Of a stretch of 45,459 bases of DNA, positions 28,963 through 38,098 are shown in pieces. This DNA is from Flavobacteriales bacterium. GTDB lineage: Bacteria > Bacteroidota > Bacteroidia > Flavobacteriales_D > CAJJDF01. Position numbers and translations under genes: made by a program. The notes beneath the pieces are model-generated. The model had not been told where the DNA came from and ran no database searches. It saw only the letters and a list, made by a program, of their open reading frames with translations. The stretch lies in NCBI GenBank assembly GCA_023255335.1, contig JALRIS010000156.1, positions 1 to 45,459 on the forward strand. The letters are read 5' to 3'. The first letter of the stretch is position 1. Each line of letters opens with the position of its first letter.

Positions 28963-30510
28963 ATGCGACTTACTCTTGTTGTCTTCTTGTTTTGTTGTTT
29001 TTCTGGATTTTCTCAAATTCCAAATTGCTCTCTGGTACGGGGTGATTACCTATGGATGAGCCAAACCGAAGTAAGTGTGAGAGACTACCGTTTGTTTCTG
29101 AGTAAGTGCACAAAAAAGGATAGCCTGAAAAACCTACCAAATACAAATTTGTGGAATAATTATCCTTTTGGAAAACCTATAAAAGACTATTATTTCGCGC
29201 ATCCTGCCTACCTAGATTACCCAGTCGTAAACATTACTAAAAATCAAGCTATCTCTTTCTGTAATTGGTTGACATCTGTTTTGAATAGGGCTAATCCTAC
29301 ACGCACTGTGTTGGTGAGATTGCCTACAGAAAAGGAATGGGAGTCAGCTGCTCGAGGGAATAATCCATACGCTATTTTTCCATGGGGAACCGAGGGAATG
29401 AGAGTAGAATCAGGTAAAAATCAAGGTAAAATGCAGGCGAATTTTATCAGAGGAAAGGGTGACTATATGGGAATAGCAGGAAGTTTAAATGACGGTGCCG
29501 CAATCACCGCACCAGTGAGGTCTTACTGGCCCAATGACTTTGGATTGTACAACATGAGCGGAAATGTAAGTGAAATGGTAGCCGAAGAAGGAATAGTGAA
29601 AGGCGGAAGCTGGAATAATCGTGCAGATTGGCTCAGAATTGACAAGAAACAATATAAAGTTGGAGCCTCACCAGAGATAGGTTTTAGGTACGTAGTAGAA
29701 TTAGTAACGCTTCCATTTGATCCTAGCAAAAGAAAGCCTTTGTCTTTGACCAAACGATTTTTTACTCACTATTTTTCAGCCTTAAACGATACCTTGCTCA
29801 TGGCCAAATATGAAGTGACCAACACCCTTTTTTCTTTGTTTCAATCGGAAATGCAACAAGAACCAATGCTTTACAGCGAAAGTTGTCGCGATTCCTTGTG
29901 GTACGGCTTATTTCCTTACAGCGAAAAATGGGCTAGAAATTATTCTTGGCATCCACAATTTTCAGAGCATCCTGTGGTCAATGTTTCGTATTGGCAAGCT
30001 CAACAATTTTGTGCTTGGTTCGAAAATCAATATGAGCTCATTTTTCACGAAAAGGTCTCCATCCGCCTTCCAACCGAATCGGAATGGGTCTTGGGTGCAA
30101 GAGGCGGCCTGTCAAATTCGCCTTATCCATGGGGAGGTCCTTACGTTAGAAATATCAAAGGAGATTTTTTGGCTAATCACAATCCAAAAATGAGTGAGCC
30201 CGAAAATGTATTTGGGTACGACACACTTAGCTTGTCTAATTTTTTTCACTCTCATTTTACCGACCAGCACGACTTTGACGGAGAAGCCGTTTTGGCCCCT
30301 GTGGATGCATACTTTCCTAATGGTTTTGAACTATTCAATGTTGCAGGAAATGCAGCAGAAATGATTCTTGATTCTCATTATACCAAAGGGGGGTCTTGGA
30401 AAAGCAATTCGTGCTATTTACAAATAAATTCCAAAGAATCGTGGAATCATAAACCCAACCCGTTTACTGGATTTAGGGTTGTTCTTATTAAAAAACATAC
30501 CGGTAATTGA
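28963..30510 (+). CDS. formylglycine-generating-enzyme (SUMF1/EgtB/PvdO) family protein with two tandem FGE-type domains
   Basis: Signal peptide. Domain 1: MSQTEVSVRDYRLF...YPVVNITKNQAISFCNWL...RLPTEKEWESAARG...GNVSEMV...GGSW. Domain 2: MAKYEVTN...HPVVNVSYWQAQQFCAWF...RLPTESEWVLGARGG...GNAAEMI...GGSW. Confidence 0.75.
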   Translation: MRLTLVVFLFCCFSGFSQIPNCSLVRGDYLWMSQTEVSVRDYRLFLSKCTKKDSLKNLPNTNLWNNYPFGKPIKDYYFAHPAYLDYPVVNITKNQAISFCNWLTSVLNRANPTRTVLVRLPTEKEWESAARGNNPYAIFPWGTEGMRVESGKNQGKMQANFIRGKGDYMGIAGSLNDGAAITAPVRSYWPNDFGLYNMSGNVSEMVAEEGIVKGGSWNNRADWLRIDKKQYKVGASPEIGFRYVVELVTLPFDPSKRKPLSLTKRFFTHYFSALNDTLLMAKYEVTNTLFSLFQSEMQQEPMLYSESCRDSLWYGLFPYSEKWARNYSWHPQFSEHPVVNVSYWQAQQFCAWFENQYELIFHEKVSIRLPTESEWVLGARGGLSNSPYPWGGPYVRNIKGDFLANHNPKMSEPENVFGYDTLSLSNFFHSHFTDQHDFDGEAVLAPVDAYFPNGFELFNVAGNAAEMILDSHYTKGGSWKSNSCYLQINSKESWNHKPNPFTGFRVVLIKKHTGN

Positions 30511-30525
30511 CTCAAGCAGGGATAA

Positions 30526-30990
30526 TTATTTCAGTTTTTCTCTACCTTTTTGAACTTTTGGCGATTGAGGTTGAAATAAAAACCCGAGATTATCTGCCAA
30601 CTCATTGAAATTTGTTCGTTGGGAGCTGTCGCACAAGTTTTTGATATCCATAAAGTGCTCATAATGTATTCTTTCTAACTCTTTCACGCTATTTGCCACT
30701 AAGGTCAGTAATGAATCATTCACCACCGGAATTTCCTTTTTAAGGCCTTGGTACATGTTGTTTTTTAACCGGACAATTGACAAATGCATTGATTTCACGT
30801 CTTTTCTGTGAACGTGAACTAATTTGGCGAACTCTTGCTGCTGGTTTTCATCAAATTGTAATTTATCAACAATGACCTCCATAGGTTTTGGAGGTTGAGG
30901 ATGAGTTTTGTTGTCAAAAAATAAATAGCCAAGTGCGAGAGTGTTGGATAAAACCAAAAACAACATGACGAGTTTTGTTGTGTTATTCAT
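30526..30990 (-). CDS. putative periplasmic Spy/CpxP-like (LTXXQ-type) protein
   Basis: N-terminal anchor, helical body, LQFDENQQQEF repeat-like motif. Last gene of the ECF sigma module, with an 8-nt overlap (ATGAATAA) with the preceding gene. Confidence 0.4.
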   Translation of the reverse strand: MNNTTKLVMLFLVLSNTLALGYLFFDNKTHPQPPKPMEVIVDKLQFDENQQQEFAKLVHVHRKDVKSMHLSIVRLKNNMYQGLKKEIPVVNDSLLTLVANSVKELERIHYEHFMDIKNLCDSSQRTNFNELADNLGFLFQPQSPKVQKGREKLK

Positions 30991-31237
30991 ACAGAGAATA
31001 GTTTAAAGTTGAATAAGAGTAAGGCTCTGATTCAGAGTTGGAGGTGTTTTGAAACATGTGTTGCCCCACTATACTGAGGTTTACTATAAAAACGAGGACA
31101 GCAGCGGCCAAAAATAATTTCGTATGAAATCGAGAAATTCGCTCTCGATATTCAATCTTTATTTGTATTTTTTCGAACAACATTTCGGGCACTTCCACCT
31201 GTTCAATTTTTTGAAGTTGTGATAATTCGGTTTTCAT
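30983..31237 (-). CDS. putative anti-sigma factor (small single-pass membrane protein)
   Basis: 84 aa with one TM (LFLAAAVLVFIVNLSIV). ATGA overlap with the ECF sigma gene. Assignment rests on position only. Confidence 0.45.
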   Translation of the reverse strand: MKTELSQLQKIEQVEVPEMLFEKIQIKIEYRERISRFHTKLFLAAAVLVFIVNLSIVGQHMFQNTSNSESEPYSYSTLNYSLYE

Positions 31238-31737
31238 CTGTTTAACTGTTTTTTCATATTGACTCTTGCTCTCGATAGCAGCGACTCAACCGCTTTTTCC
31301 GATAAATCCAATACTTCCGCTATTTCCTTTTGACTCAGTCCATCAATCACTTTTAGTAGTAAAGCCCCTTTTTGTTTGGGAGGTAATTGGTTCAATTGGT
31401 TCAATATTTCACTAACCGCCTCTTTTTGTTCTAGTACTACTCCAGGGTGATTGAATTCAATGCTGTCGTCTTCTTTGTTTTGTCTTGAAAAAAGCACTCT
31501 CATTCTTATTTTTTTGGACTTTATCACATCCAGACAATGATTAATCGTAATTCTATATATCCATGTCTTTAGACTTGATTGCTCTTGAAATCCTTCGATT
31601 TTTCTGTATATTTTTACAAAAATGTCTTGCGTGGCTTCTTCTGCTTCTTCCAAGTTTTGCAAGTAATTTAATGTAACATTGTACACGATTTTACCAAATT
31701 GGTTGTAAAGCTCATTAAATTCTATAGGTTGTTTCAT
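31234..31737 (-). CDS. RNA polymerase ECF-type sigma-70 factor
   Basis: Region 2 (TWIYRITINHCLD) and region 4 HTH (LSQKEIAEVLDLSEKAVESLLSRAR). Confidence 0.9.
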   Translation of the reverse strand: MKQPIEFNELYNQFGKIVYNVTLNYLQNLEEAEEATQDIFVKIYRKIEGFQEQSSLKTWIYRITINHCLDVIKSKKIRMRVLFSRQNKEDDSIEFNHPGVVLEQKEAVSEILNQLNQLPPKQKGALLLKVIDGLSQKEIAEVLDLSEKAVESLLSRARVNMKKQLNR

Positions 31738-31800
31738 TTGGGATACAAGGTTCGATACTTTGACGAAAATTTTTACAATTTCCCTCAGATCTACGCCTTT

Positions 31801-32334
31801 TTATTTGGCAGTGTTTCTTACCTCTGCTTTGACACTAATTACAGCCGTTTTGTATTGGGTGTTGGCCATAATTGTAACGAATTTGGTTTGTTCGCCTAGC
31901 GGCATTCCGGGTGTAAAAGTAACTTCAATAACTCCTGTATCTCCAGGTGCTATTGGTTCTTTGGGAAAATCTGGAACAGTACAGGTACACGACCCTTTTA
32001 CACTTGTAAAAACTAGTGGTTGATTTCCCGTATTGGTAACGGTAAATGTGGTAGAATAATCCTCGCCCAAGGCAATTGCACCAAAATTATGTTCGATCTT
32101 ATCAAAAGCAAAAGTGGTTACCGGTATTTCTTGAGATTCTCCTAGCTTCTCTTTCACGGCCAACTCGTGTTTTAGGTTGGATATTTCTTTTCTTGCTTTT
32201 GATAGTTCTACTTCAATATTCTCATAATATTGACCCAACTCATTGTATTTCTTCTTGCTAACACAAGAAGAAATACTGAGTAGAATTATTAATCCCCCTA
32301 AAATCTGGGTTGTTTTTGTCACCTTTTTCTTCAA
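31801..32334 (-). CDS. DUF1573 domain-containing lipoprotein
   Basis: Lipobox LLSISSC, coiled-coil linker, and DUF1573 core FTVTNTGNQPLVFTSVKGSCTCTVPDFPKEPIAPGDTGVIEVTF. Confidence 0.8.
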   Translation of the reverse strand: MKKKVTKTTQILGGLIILLSISSCVSKKKYNELGQYYENIEVELSKARKEISNLKHELAVKEKLGESQEIPVTTFAFDKIEHNFGAIALGEDYSTTFTVTNTGNQPLVFTSVKGSCTCTVPDFPKEPIAPGDTGVIEVTFTPGMPLGEQTKFVTIMANTQYKTAVISVKAEVRNTAK

Positions 32335-32343
32335 AAGAACTGT

Positions 32344-32901
32344 TTACTTTGCTGGGTCTGGTTGGATATCTCCTGTAATGGTCAGTTGGGTTGTGGCAGG
32401 ATTTGTATTTGCCGTGATTGTTACAAACTTTGTTTGAACTCCTGATTGACCAGCAGGCTTATATTCCACACTAATTTCTCCCGTCTCTCCCGGAGCAATT
32501 GGCTCTTTAGGCCACTTTGGTACGGTACAACCGCATGATCCTTTGGCATTAGAGATTACAAGAGGTTCTGTACCTGTATTGGTAAAAACAAAAGTATGCC
32601 TATTGGTAGATGAAGCCAATACCTTTCCAAAATCCTTTTTGGGTTCCTTAAAATTAATGGAAGTAGCAGGCAAAGCAGGCTGAGAAGGTTGCTGAACAGC
32701 AGGCTGCTGAACCGGATTGTTTTGGTTCTGTGGTAACGTACTAGGAAAATTAGCTCCTTGATTATTTGTTTGTAACGCAGCAGAAGGTGTGGAAGGTGCA
32801 ATTGTTCTTCCTCCCTCGTTGGTCATCACTTTGTAAGTGTTAAAAAGAGTAAGCGCTCCTATTACGGCTACTGCTCCTATCAATAAGTTATTGTTCTTCA
32901 T
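32344..32901 (-). CDS. DUF1573 domain-containing protein (membrane anchored, Q/P-rich linker)
   Basis: TM anchor, linker NNPVQQPAVQQPSQPALP, and DUF1573 core FVFTNTGTEPLVISNAKGSCGCTVPKWPKEPIAPGETGEISVEY. Paralogue of the downstream gene. Confidence 0.8.
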   Translation of the reverse strand: MKNNNLLIGAVAVIGALTLFNTYKVMTNEGGRTIAPSTPSAALQTNNQGANFPSTLPQNQNNPVQQPAVQQPSQPALPATSINFKEPKKDFGKVLASSTNRHTFVFTNTGTEPLVISNAKGSCGCTVPKWPKEPIAPGETGEISVEYKPAGQSGVQTKFVTITANTNPATTQLTITGDIQPDPAK

Positions 32902-32972
32902 GTTTCTTTGGGTTATGTTTAATTTTTGATTAACAAATATAAAAAAAGTTCATTCAGAATTACAATCGATTC

Positions 32973-34577
32973 TTAGTGCTTCTTAGAAAGATCTAACTGC
33001 TTGTATTCTTGCTTATTCGAAATAAGCTCAATTCCTTTTTTGTAAATCGGGTTCAACTCATTAAATATTTGGTAAAACTCACTAAATCCCCAATAGTTTT
33101 GAGCAATTAAAGCTTTTAATCGCACTGTTATGGCCTCTTCTGCTTGACTAAATTCATCCTCCTTGTATGTCAAATTCTTGTCGGTAGCATATTGTATCAT
33201 CTGCGACAGGGCATTTTGCATATCAAAAGATTCTTGGAAATTCTTAAATTCAGAGTAGTTGGAATCTAGCCAAACTCTGTTTTTATTGACATATTCAAGC
33301 GCAAATCTGTTCATAATTCCTTTTCTCACTAGTGCCAAAAAATAAGGAGAGGTTCCTGTTGTGTCTACAGGTACAAAAACATCGGGGATTATTCCTCCTC
33401 CCGAATATACTTCTCTACCTGTGACCAACGTTTTGAATACGAGAGAATCAGGAATTTTAATGCTATCCTTAGAAAACGATTCTCCATTTAGATACCGTTC
33501 GTATTTTTCCTTGCGATAAGCTTTAGTTCCTCCCTCATAAGATTTTTGAATACATCTGCCCGATGGGGTATAATATCGCTGGGTAGTTATCCTTACTTTA
33601 GAACCATCCGTTAGCGGAATTGGTCTTTGAACCAATCCTTTGCCAAAAGTTCTGCGCCCTACCAAAGCTCCCCTATCCCAATCTTGAACAGCTCCAGAAA
33701 CTATTTCACTTGCAGAGGCAGTACTTTCATTTACGAGAACTACTAATTTCCCTTTCTGAAAAAGTCCGCGATAAGTGGAAAAGAAATCTTTTTTAGGATA
33801 GCTTCTACCCTCGGTATACACAATTAATTTTTTCTTTGGTAGAAATTCATCCGCCAATTTAAATGCTTGATCCAAATATCCACCGCCATTATTTTGCAGG
33901 TCCAAAATCAATGATTTCATGCCCTGAAATTTCAATTTTCTCATCGCTTGTTGAACTTCTGCTTGGGTGGTTTTTGCAAATGCGTTCAACTTGATATATC
34001 CTATTTCCTCATCAATCATGTAAGCAGCGTCCACACTATGGATTGGGATTTTATCTCTGATAACTTCAAATTCAATAAGTTCATCTTCTCCTCCTCTTCG
34101 GATGGTCATGGTCACCTTTGTTCCTTTCTTTCCTAATAATCTTTTCCTTACTCCCGAATTCTGCAATCCTACTCCCGCAACTAGTTCTTCGTCAATTTTA
34201 ATAACTTGATCCCCTGCCGAAACACCTACTTTGGCTGAAGGTCCTCCGGGAATTGCTTGTACCACCAGGAGAGTGTCGTTCAAGATTTGAAACCTCACTC
34301 CTACTCCTTCAAAATTTCCTTTCAATGGAGCTTCTACCGCTTCCACTGATGCTGCAGGGATGTAAGCAGAATGGGGATCCAATTTCTCAAGCATTGCCTT
34401 AATTGCCTCATCTACCAATTCGGGAGAATTCACTGAATCTACATAGAGTTGCTCAATTATATCAATTAGCTTTGCTACTTTATAAATGGTCTTATTCTTA
34501 TCTGTTTCTACCTGAGCGTAGATGCCACGTGAGGCAACTAACACAATGAGCAGAATCAATATCGCAATTTTTTTCAT
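32973..34577 (-). CDS. S41 family C-terminal processing peptidase
   Basis: PDZ region (GGPSAKVGVSAGDQVIKID), catalytic Ser context NESTASASEI and Lys context TFGKGLVQ. Signal peptide. Confidence 0.9.
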   Translation of the reverse strand: MKKIAILILLIVLVASRGIYAQVETDKNKTIYKVAKLIDIIEQLYVDSVNSPELVDEAIKAMLEKLDPHSAYIPAASVEAVEAPLKGNFEGVGVRFQILNDTLLVVQAIPGGPSAKVGVSAGDQVIKIDEELVAGVGLQNSGVRKRLLGKKGTKVTMTIRRGGEDELIEFEVIRDKIPIHSVDAAYMIDEEIGYIKLNAFAKTTQAEVQQAMRKLKFQGMKSLILDLQNNGGGYLDQAFKLADEFLPKKKLIVYTEGRSYPKKDFFSTYRGLFQKGKLVVLVNESTASASEIVSGAVQDWDRGALVGRRTFGKGLVQRPIPLTDGSKVRITTQRYYTPSGRCIQKSYEGGTKAYRKEKYERYLNGESFSKDSIKIPDSLVFKTLVTGREVYSGGGIIPDVFVPVDTTGTSPYFLALVRKGIMNRFALEYVNKNRVWLDSNYSEFKNFQESFDMQNALSQMIQYATDKNLTYKEDEFSQAEEAITVRLKALIAQNYWGFSEFYQIFNELNPIYKKGIELISNKQEYKQLDLSKKH

Positions 34578-34590
34578 TTTTTCTTTCTAT

Positions 34591-35538
34591 TTATTTTTCA
34601 ATCAATTCACCAAATTTGTCATAGTGTTTCTCTGAAAGGATTTTGTCTTTTTTATATTCTATTTCACTTTTAAGCACTTCATTTTTGTAGTACTCTCTCC
34701 ACACACCCACTTTCTTTCCTTTTTCGTAGGACTCTTCTTTGTAGGTGGCTCCTGATTCAAAATTAAACAACCAATCGCCATCTGGAACTCCCATAAGGTA
34801 AGAAGTTTTGTAGCTCACACTTCCATCGTCAAAATACGAATTATCTTTTCCGTGAATAACTCCTTGTTTGTATTCCTTCTCGATAATTAGGGTACTGTCT
34901 CTCAAAAATTTCTGATACACACCATCAAATTTATTCTTTTTATACTGAACCGTTCGTTTTAATTCTCCAGAAGGGTAAAACTCTAAAAATATTCCTTGTT
35001 TCTCTCCTCCCTCATATTCTTCTTGTTTTTTTAACTTTCCACCAGAAAAGTAATAATACTGCTTGCCATGCTTCACTCCAAATCTATAATTGTTTTGCCA
35101 AAACACTACAGAATCTTCCTCAAAAGCTGTCCAAGTGCCATGAGGCTTTCCCTCCACATAGTTCTTAATCATTTTGGGATTGCCGGACTCGTAAAAATAA
35201 ATCCACATTCCCTCTTGAATCCCGTTCAGAAAAGAAAGTTGCATTTCTGGTTTTTTATTAGAAAAAAAAGAAACGCATTTTCCTGTATAAGGAGGTTTTC
35301 CCGGTTTGTTTTTATCAAGAGCAATATTTGTTGTGGGATCAAATGACAGGTCATTGTTGCAATCACACATTCGATTTGATGAGTTCTTTTTTCTTACCTT
35401 CTGAGGGCGATTGTCTGTACTGTCAATGGCTATTTCTGCTGCAGGTGTTGTTTCACCCACTCGGTAAACTTTTCGTTGAGATAGAGAGCTGAAGGAAATC
35501 ACACATAAAATTAATCCGAGGGTTGTTTTTATTCTCAT
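34591..35538 (-). CDS. MORN-repeat-variant (YwqK-like) protein
   Basis: Signal peptide followed by repeated G.W..(F/Y)Y..G motifs (GMWIYFYESGNPK, HGTWTAFEED, HGKQYYYFSGGKLK, GIFLEFYPSGELK, DGDWLFNFESG, GVWREYYKN). Confidence 0.75.
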   Translation of the reverse strand: MRIKTTLGLILCVISFSSLSQRKVYRVGETTPAAEIAIDSTDNRPQKVRKKNSSNRMCDCNNDLSFDPTTNIALDKNKPGKPPYTGKCVSFFSNKKPEMQLSFLNGIQEGMWIYFYESGNPKMIKNYVEGKPHGTWTAFEEDSVVFWQNNYRFGVKHGKQYYYFSGGKLKKQEEYEGGEKQGIFLEFYPSGELKRTVQYKKNKFDGVYQKFLRDSTLIIEKEYKQGVIHGKDNSYFDDGSVSYKTSYLMGVPDGDWLFNFESGATYKEESYEKGKKVGVWREYYKNEVLKSEIEYKKDKILSEKHYDKFGELIEK

Positions 35539-35604
35539 ATTTTTCGTTCTGTTTTTGTAGTCTTGGTATCAGTAATTATACCAAACGCAGATTGTAAGGA
35601 AGAA

Positions 35605-36712
35605 TTATAAATAATTAACAGGATTTGTATTGATTGAAGTTTGTATCAACTCAACTCCTGAAGTTTTTTCCTCTAGTATTTCTTGGAACAACTCTATGGT
35701 AAATTGTTCGCTCTCGTAATGTCCAATATCGGCAATGATTATTTGGTTTTCCGCATCAAAAAACTGGTGGTATTTGTAATCTCCGGTCACAAACACATCT
35801 GCGCCTTGCGCCTTGGCAGCCTCCAGCAAAAAAACTTCCTGAGCCTCCACAAACCGCTATTTTCTTCACTTTTTTTGTGTGAATGTGTGTGTGTCGTATG
35901 CAGTCGGTTTTCATTGCCGACTTTAGGTGCGACAAAAATTTGTTCGATTCCATTTCTTCTTTCAATTCTCCCACAATTCCTGTACCCAACTGGCTATTTG
36001 TGTTGGCGATTGGAATTATTTCGTAGGCCACTTCTTCGTACGGATGCACTTTATTTACCTCTGCCACGATTCTGTTTGCCTCTTGGTTCATTACCAATAC
36101 CTCTATTTTGGTTTCATTCATAAAGTTGGTTTTGCCTTTTTCGCCATAAGCAGGATTGGTTGATTCTCCTGGTAAAAAGCTCCCTTTTCCTTCCGAATTG
36201 AAACTACAATTGGAGTAATCACTAATGTGACCGGCTCCGTTTGCAAATAGATTTTCGCGCACTCGCTCCACTACTTCGGGCTTATCGCTTGGGCAATACA
36301 CCACCAGTTTGCTCATTCGGTTTGCCATCGGGGATAAAACTCGAATGTTCTCGAGTCCCATTTTTTGAGCTATTTTCTGGTTTACTCCGTTTTTCGATAC
36401 ATTGTCCAGGTTGGTATGACAGGCATATATGGCAATGTCGTTTTTTATGGCTTTGATAATTACTCGCTCAATGTAGTTCTTCCCGTTAAGTTTTTTTAAT
36501 CCACTAAACACAATTGGGTGATGCGCAATAATAAGCTCACATCCTTTTTCAATTGCCTCGTCTACCACCGATTCTATACAGTCTAGGCACAACAATACTT
36601 TGGATATTTCTTGGTGGTTGTTTCCTGTAATCAACCCACTGTTGTCGTACGATTCTTGGTAACTGAGCGGGGCAGTTTGTTCGAGGATTCGAGTTATTTC
36701 TCTTAGTTTCAT
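35605..36712 (-). pseudogene. NIF3-like dinuclear-metal-centre protein gene carrying a +1 frameshift in an A7/T7 tract
   Basis: The N-terminal 296 codons (MKLREITRILEQTAPLSYQESYDNSGL...IAVCGGSGSF) and the C-terminal ORF (LLEAAKAQGADVFVTGDYKYHQFFDAE...GHYESEQF) are in different frames. They join if one base is removed from the A run at 35828-35834. The span is 1108 nt, which is 3n+1. Confidence 0.75.
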
Positions 36713-36788
36713 CTGTTGCTTTTTGTAAGTCATAAATATAAGGAATCTCAAATTGATTCTTTCTTTTTACTAAAATTCTATTCGTCTA

Positions 36789-36811
36789 TCATGTTGAACT
36801 AGATTCAGTAT
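36789..36811 (+). repeat. REP-like palindromic element, copy C (TCATGTTGAACTAGATTCAGTAT), degenerate
   Basis: Same layout as copy A. The stem TGTTGAA/TTCAGTA pairs only with G-U wobble on the + strand. Confidence 0.5.
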
Positions 36812-36863
36812 ATCTATTCATTGAAATATTACCTCAGAATTCTACGCGATATATTCCCTAAAA

Positions 36864-36887
36864 ATGCTCAACTAAATTCAGCATGAC
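36864..36887 (-). repeat. REP-like palindromic element, copy D (AATGCTCAACTAAATTCAGCATGAC)
   Basis: Stem ATGCTCAA/TTCAGCAT with one mismatch, followed by GAC. Inverted relative to copy C, 52 nt away. Confidence 0.6.
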
Positions 36888-36947
36888 AGGGAATTAACTA
36901 AATTTTATTTTATAAATTTACTTTACAAATAAAAACACGACACAACA

Positions 36948-37625
36948 ATGATAGGAGTATATGTTTTGGGAGCAATTCTGGGCGTAGTAGGTATGCTAGC
37001 CAGTGCACAATTGAAACGAAAGTTTGCAACATATTCGAAGATTCATCTTCAAAACGGAATGAGTGGAAAAGAAATTGCAGAAAAAATGCTTGCCGACAAC
37101 GGAATTACCGATGTAAAAGTGATGGCGGTGCAAGGACAACTGACCGATCATTACAACCCCATGAACAAAACCGTAAATTTATCGGAGGTGGTGTATCACG
37201 AACGAAATGCGGCTGCTGCGGCCGTTTCGGCTCACGAAGTAGGTCATGCCGTGCAGCATGCCACCAATTATTCTATGCTCCAAATGCGCTCCAAACTGGT
37301 GCCAATTGTGAGTTTTGGGTCGCAATACATGCAATGGATTTTGTTGGGCGGAATTCTCACTATTCAGGTTTTTCCTGGGTTACTCTTGGCGGGAATTTGT
37401 TTGTTTGCCCTCACCACACTATTTAGTTTGGTAACTCTCCCCGTAGAGTTTGACGCCAGCAAAAGGGCTTTGGCGTGGCTCAAAGGAAACAACATTGTAA
37501 CTACCCAAGAATATGCAGGGTCCAAAGACGCGCTAAAATGGGCCGCCATGACTTATGTGGTAGCAGCTTTGAGCTCTATTGCTACTTTGATCTATTATGT
37601 GAGTATTTATATGAATAGGAGGTAG
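36948..37625 (+). CDS. zinc metallopeptidase, YugP/Zn_peptidase_2 family membrane protein
   Basis: HEVGHAVQH zinc motif, N-terminal and C-terminal TM helices, 225 aa. Confidence 0.85.
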   Translation: MIGVYVLGAILGVVGMLASAQLKRKFATYSKIHLQNGMSGKEIAEKMLADNGITDVKVMAVQGQLTDHYNPMNKTVNLSEVVYHERNAAAAAVSAHEVGHAVQHATNYSMLQMRSKLVPIVSFGSQYMQWILLGGILTIQVFPGLLLAGICLFALTTLFSLVTLPVEFDASKRALAWLKGNNIVTTQEYAGSKDALKWAAMTYVVAALSSIATLIYYVSIYMNRR

Positions 37626-37770
37626 GGTTTTTATCTCAATAAATCCCTTTTTTCAGAATTAACCACAACTTTTGACCAAGAAAAGGAAAATCGCTTGTAT
37701 TGGATGTATCCACTGATAAAAGCTTCTGATTGGTTTGTTTTATCTCAGTCGAGAAAAATTCTCGTTGTCA

Positions 37771-37796
37771 GATCCCGCTTCTAGTGAGGGATTGAC
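37771..37796 (-). repeat. REP-like palindromic element, copy F (GATCCCGCTTCTAGTGAGGGATTGAC), degenerate
   Basis: Shares the GATCC...GGAT(T)GACAATG frame with copy E at 39012. The internal stem is partly eroded. Confidence 0.5.
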
Positions 37797-37800
37797 AATG

Positions 37801-37830
37801 TAAAAAAAGGCTGTCGGCTTGGTCGTATTT
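37801..37830 (+). repeat. ghost copy of the dut 3' end and downstream flank (direct repeat of 38342-38357 plus 38443-38459)
   Basis: TAAAAAAAGGCTGTCG is identical to 38342-38357. TCGGCTTGGTCGTATTT is identical to 38443-38459, inside dut. The two blocks are joined at a shared TCG, which amounts to an 88-nt deletion relative to the real locus. Confidence 0.65.
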
Positions 37831-38056
37831 AAATTAACGTCTTCTCCTTGACGTTTCTTCCTTTCTTTTGGCTTGAACCAAAAGAACCAAAAGTTCAAGA
37901 CTGATTGAAATTAACTCAAAATAACCTCTTATTTCTGAAACAAAAAGAACTCGCCCACAATTCTTTTATTTAACGAGATAAATCAACTTAGGCTCAAACA
38001 GATTTTTGTTTTTAATCGAAATGAAAGTCTATTTTCTTAACATAAATTTCAAAAGG

Positions 38057-38098
38057 TCGGGTTTTAAGAAATAATTATCTGTTTAAACCCGAACTTTT
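38057..38098. terminator. terminator-like hairpin in the non-coding gap (usable on either strand)
   Basis: Stem TCGGGTTT(T)AA / TTAAACCCGA (10 bp, one bulge) with a 14-nt loop. Followed by ACTTTTCG on + and CCTTTTGAAATTT on -. No gene ends nearby. Confidence 0.3.

Noticed and set aside
28963-30510. Calling this gene gldJ
   Set aside because: The fold family is the same. However, there is no lipoprotein Cys in a lipobox context, no neighbouring gld or murF genes, and no sequence stretch I can recognise as GldJ-specific. The generic family name is kept.
35683-36123. 146-aa plus-strand ORF, and other 60-136-aa ORFs antisense to large genes (e.g. 4278-4682, 15129-15539, 16074-16463, 21075-21467, 42820-43215)
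   Set aside because: All lie inside and opposite strongly supported genes, and none has recognisable motifs. Shadow ORFs.
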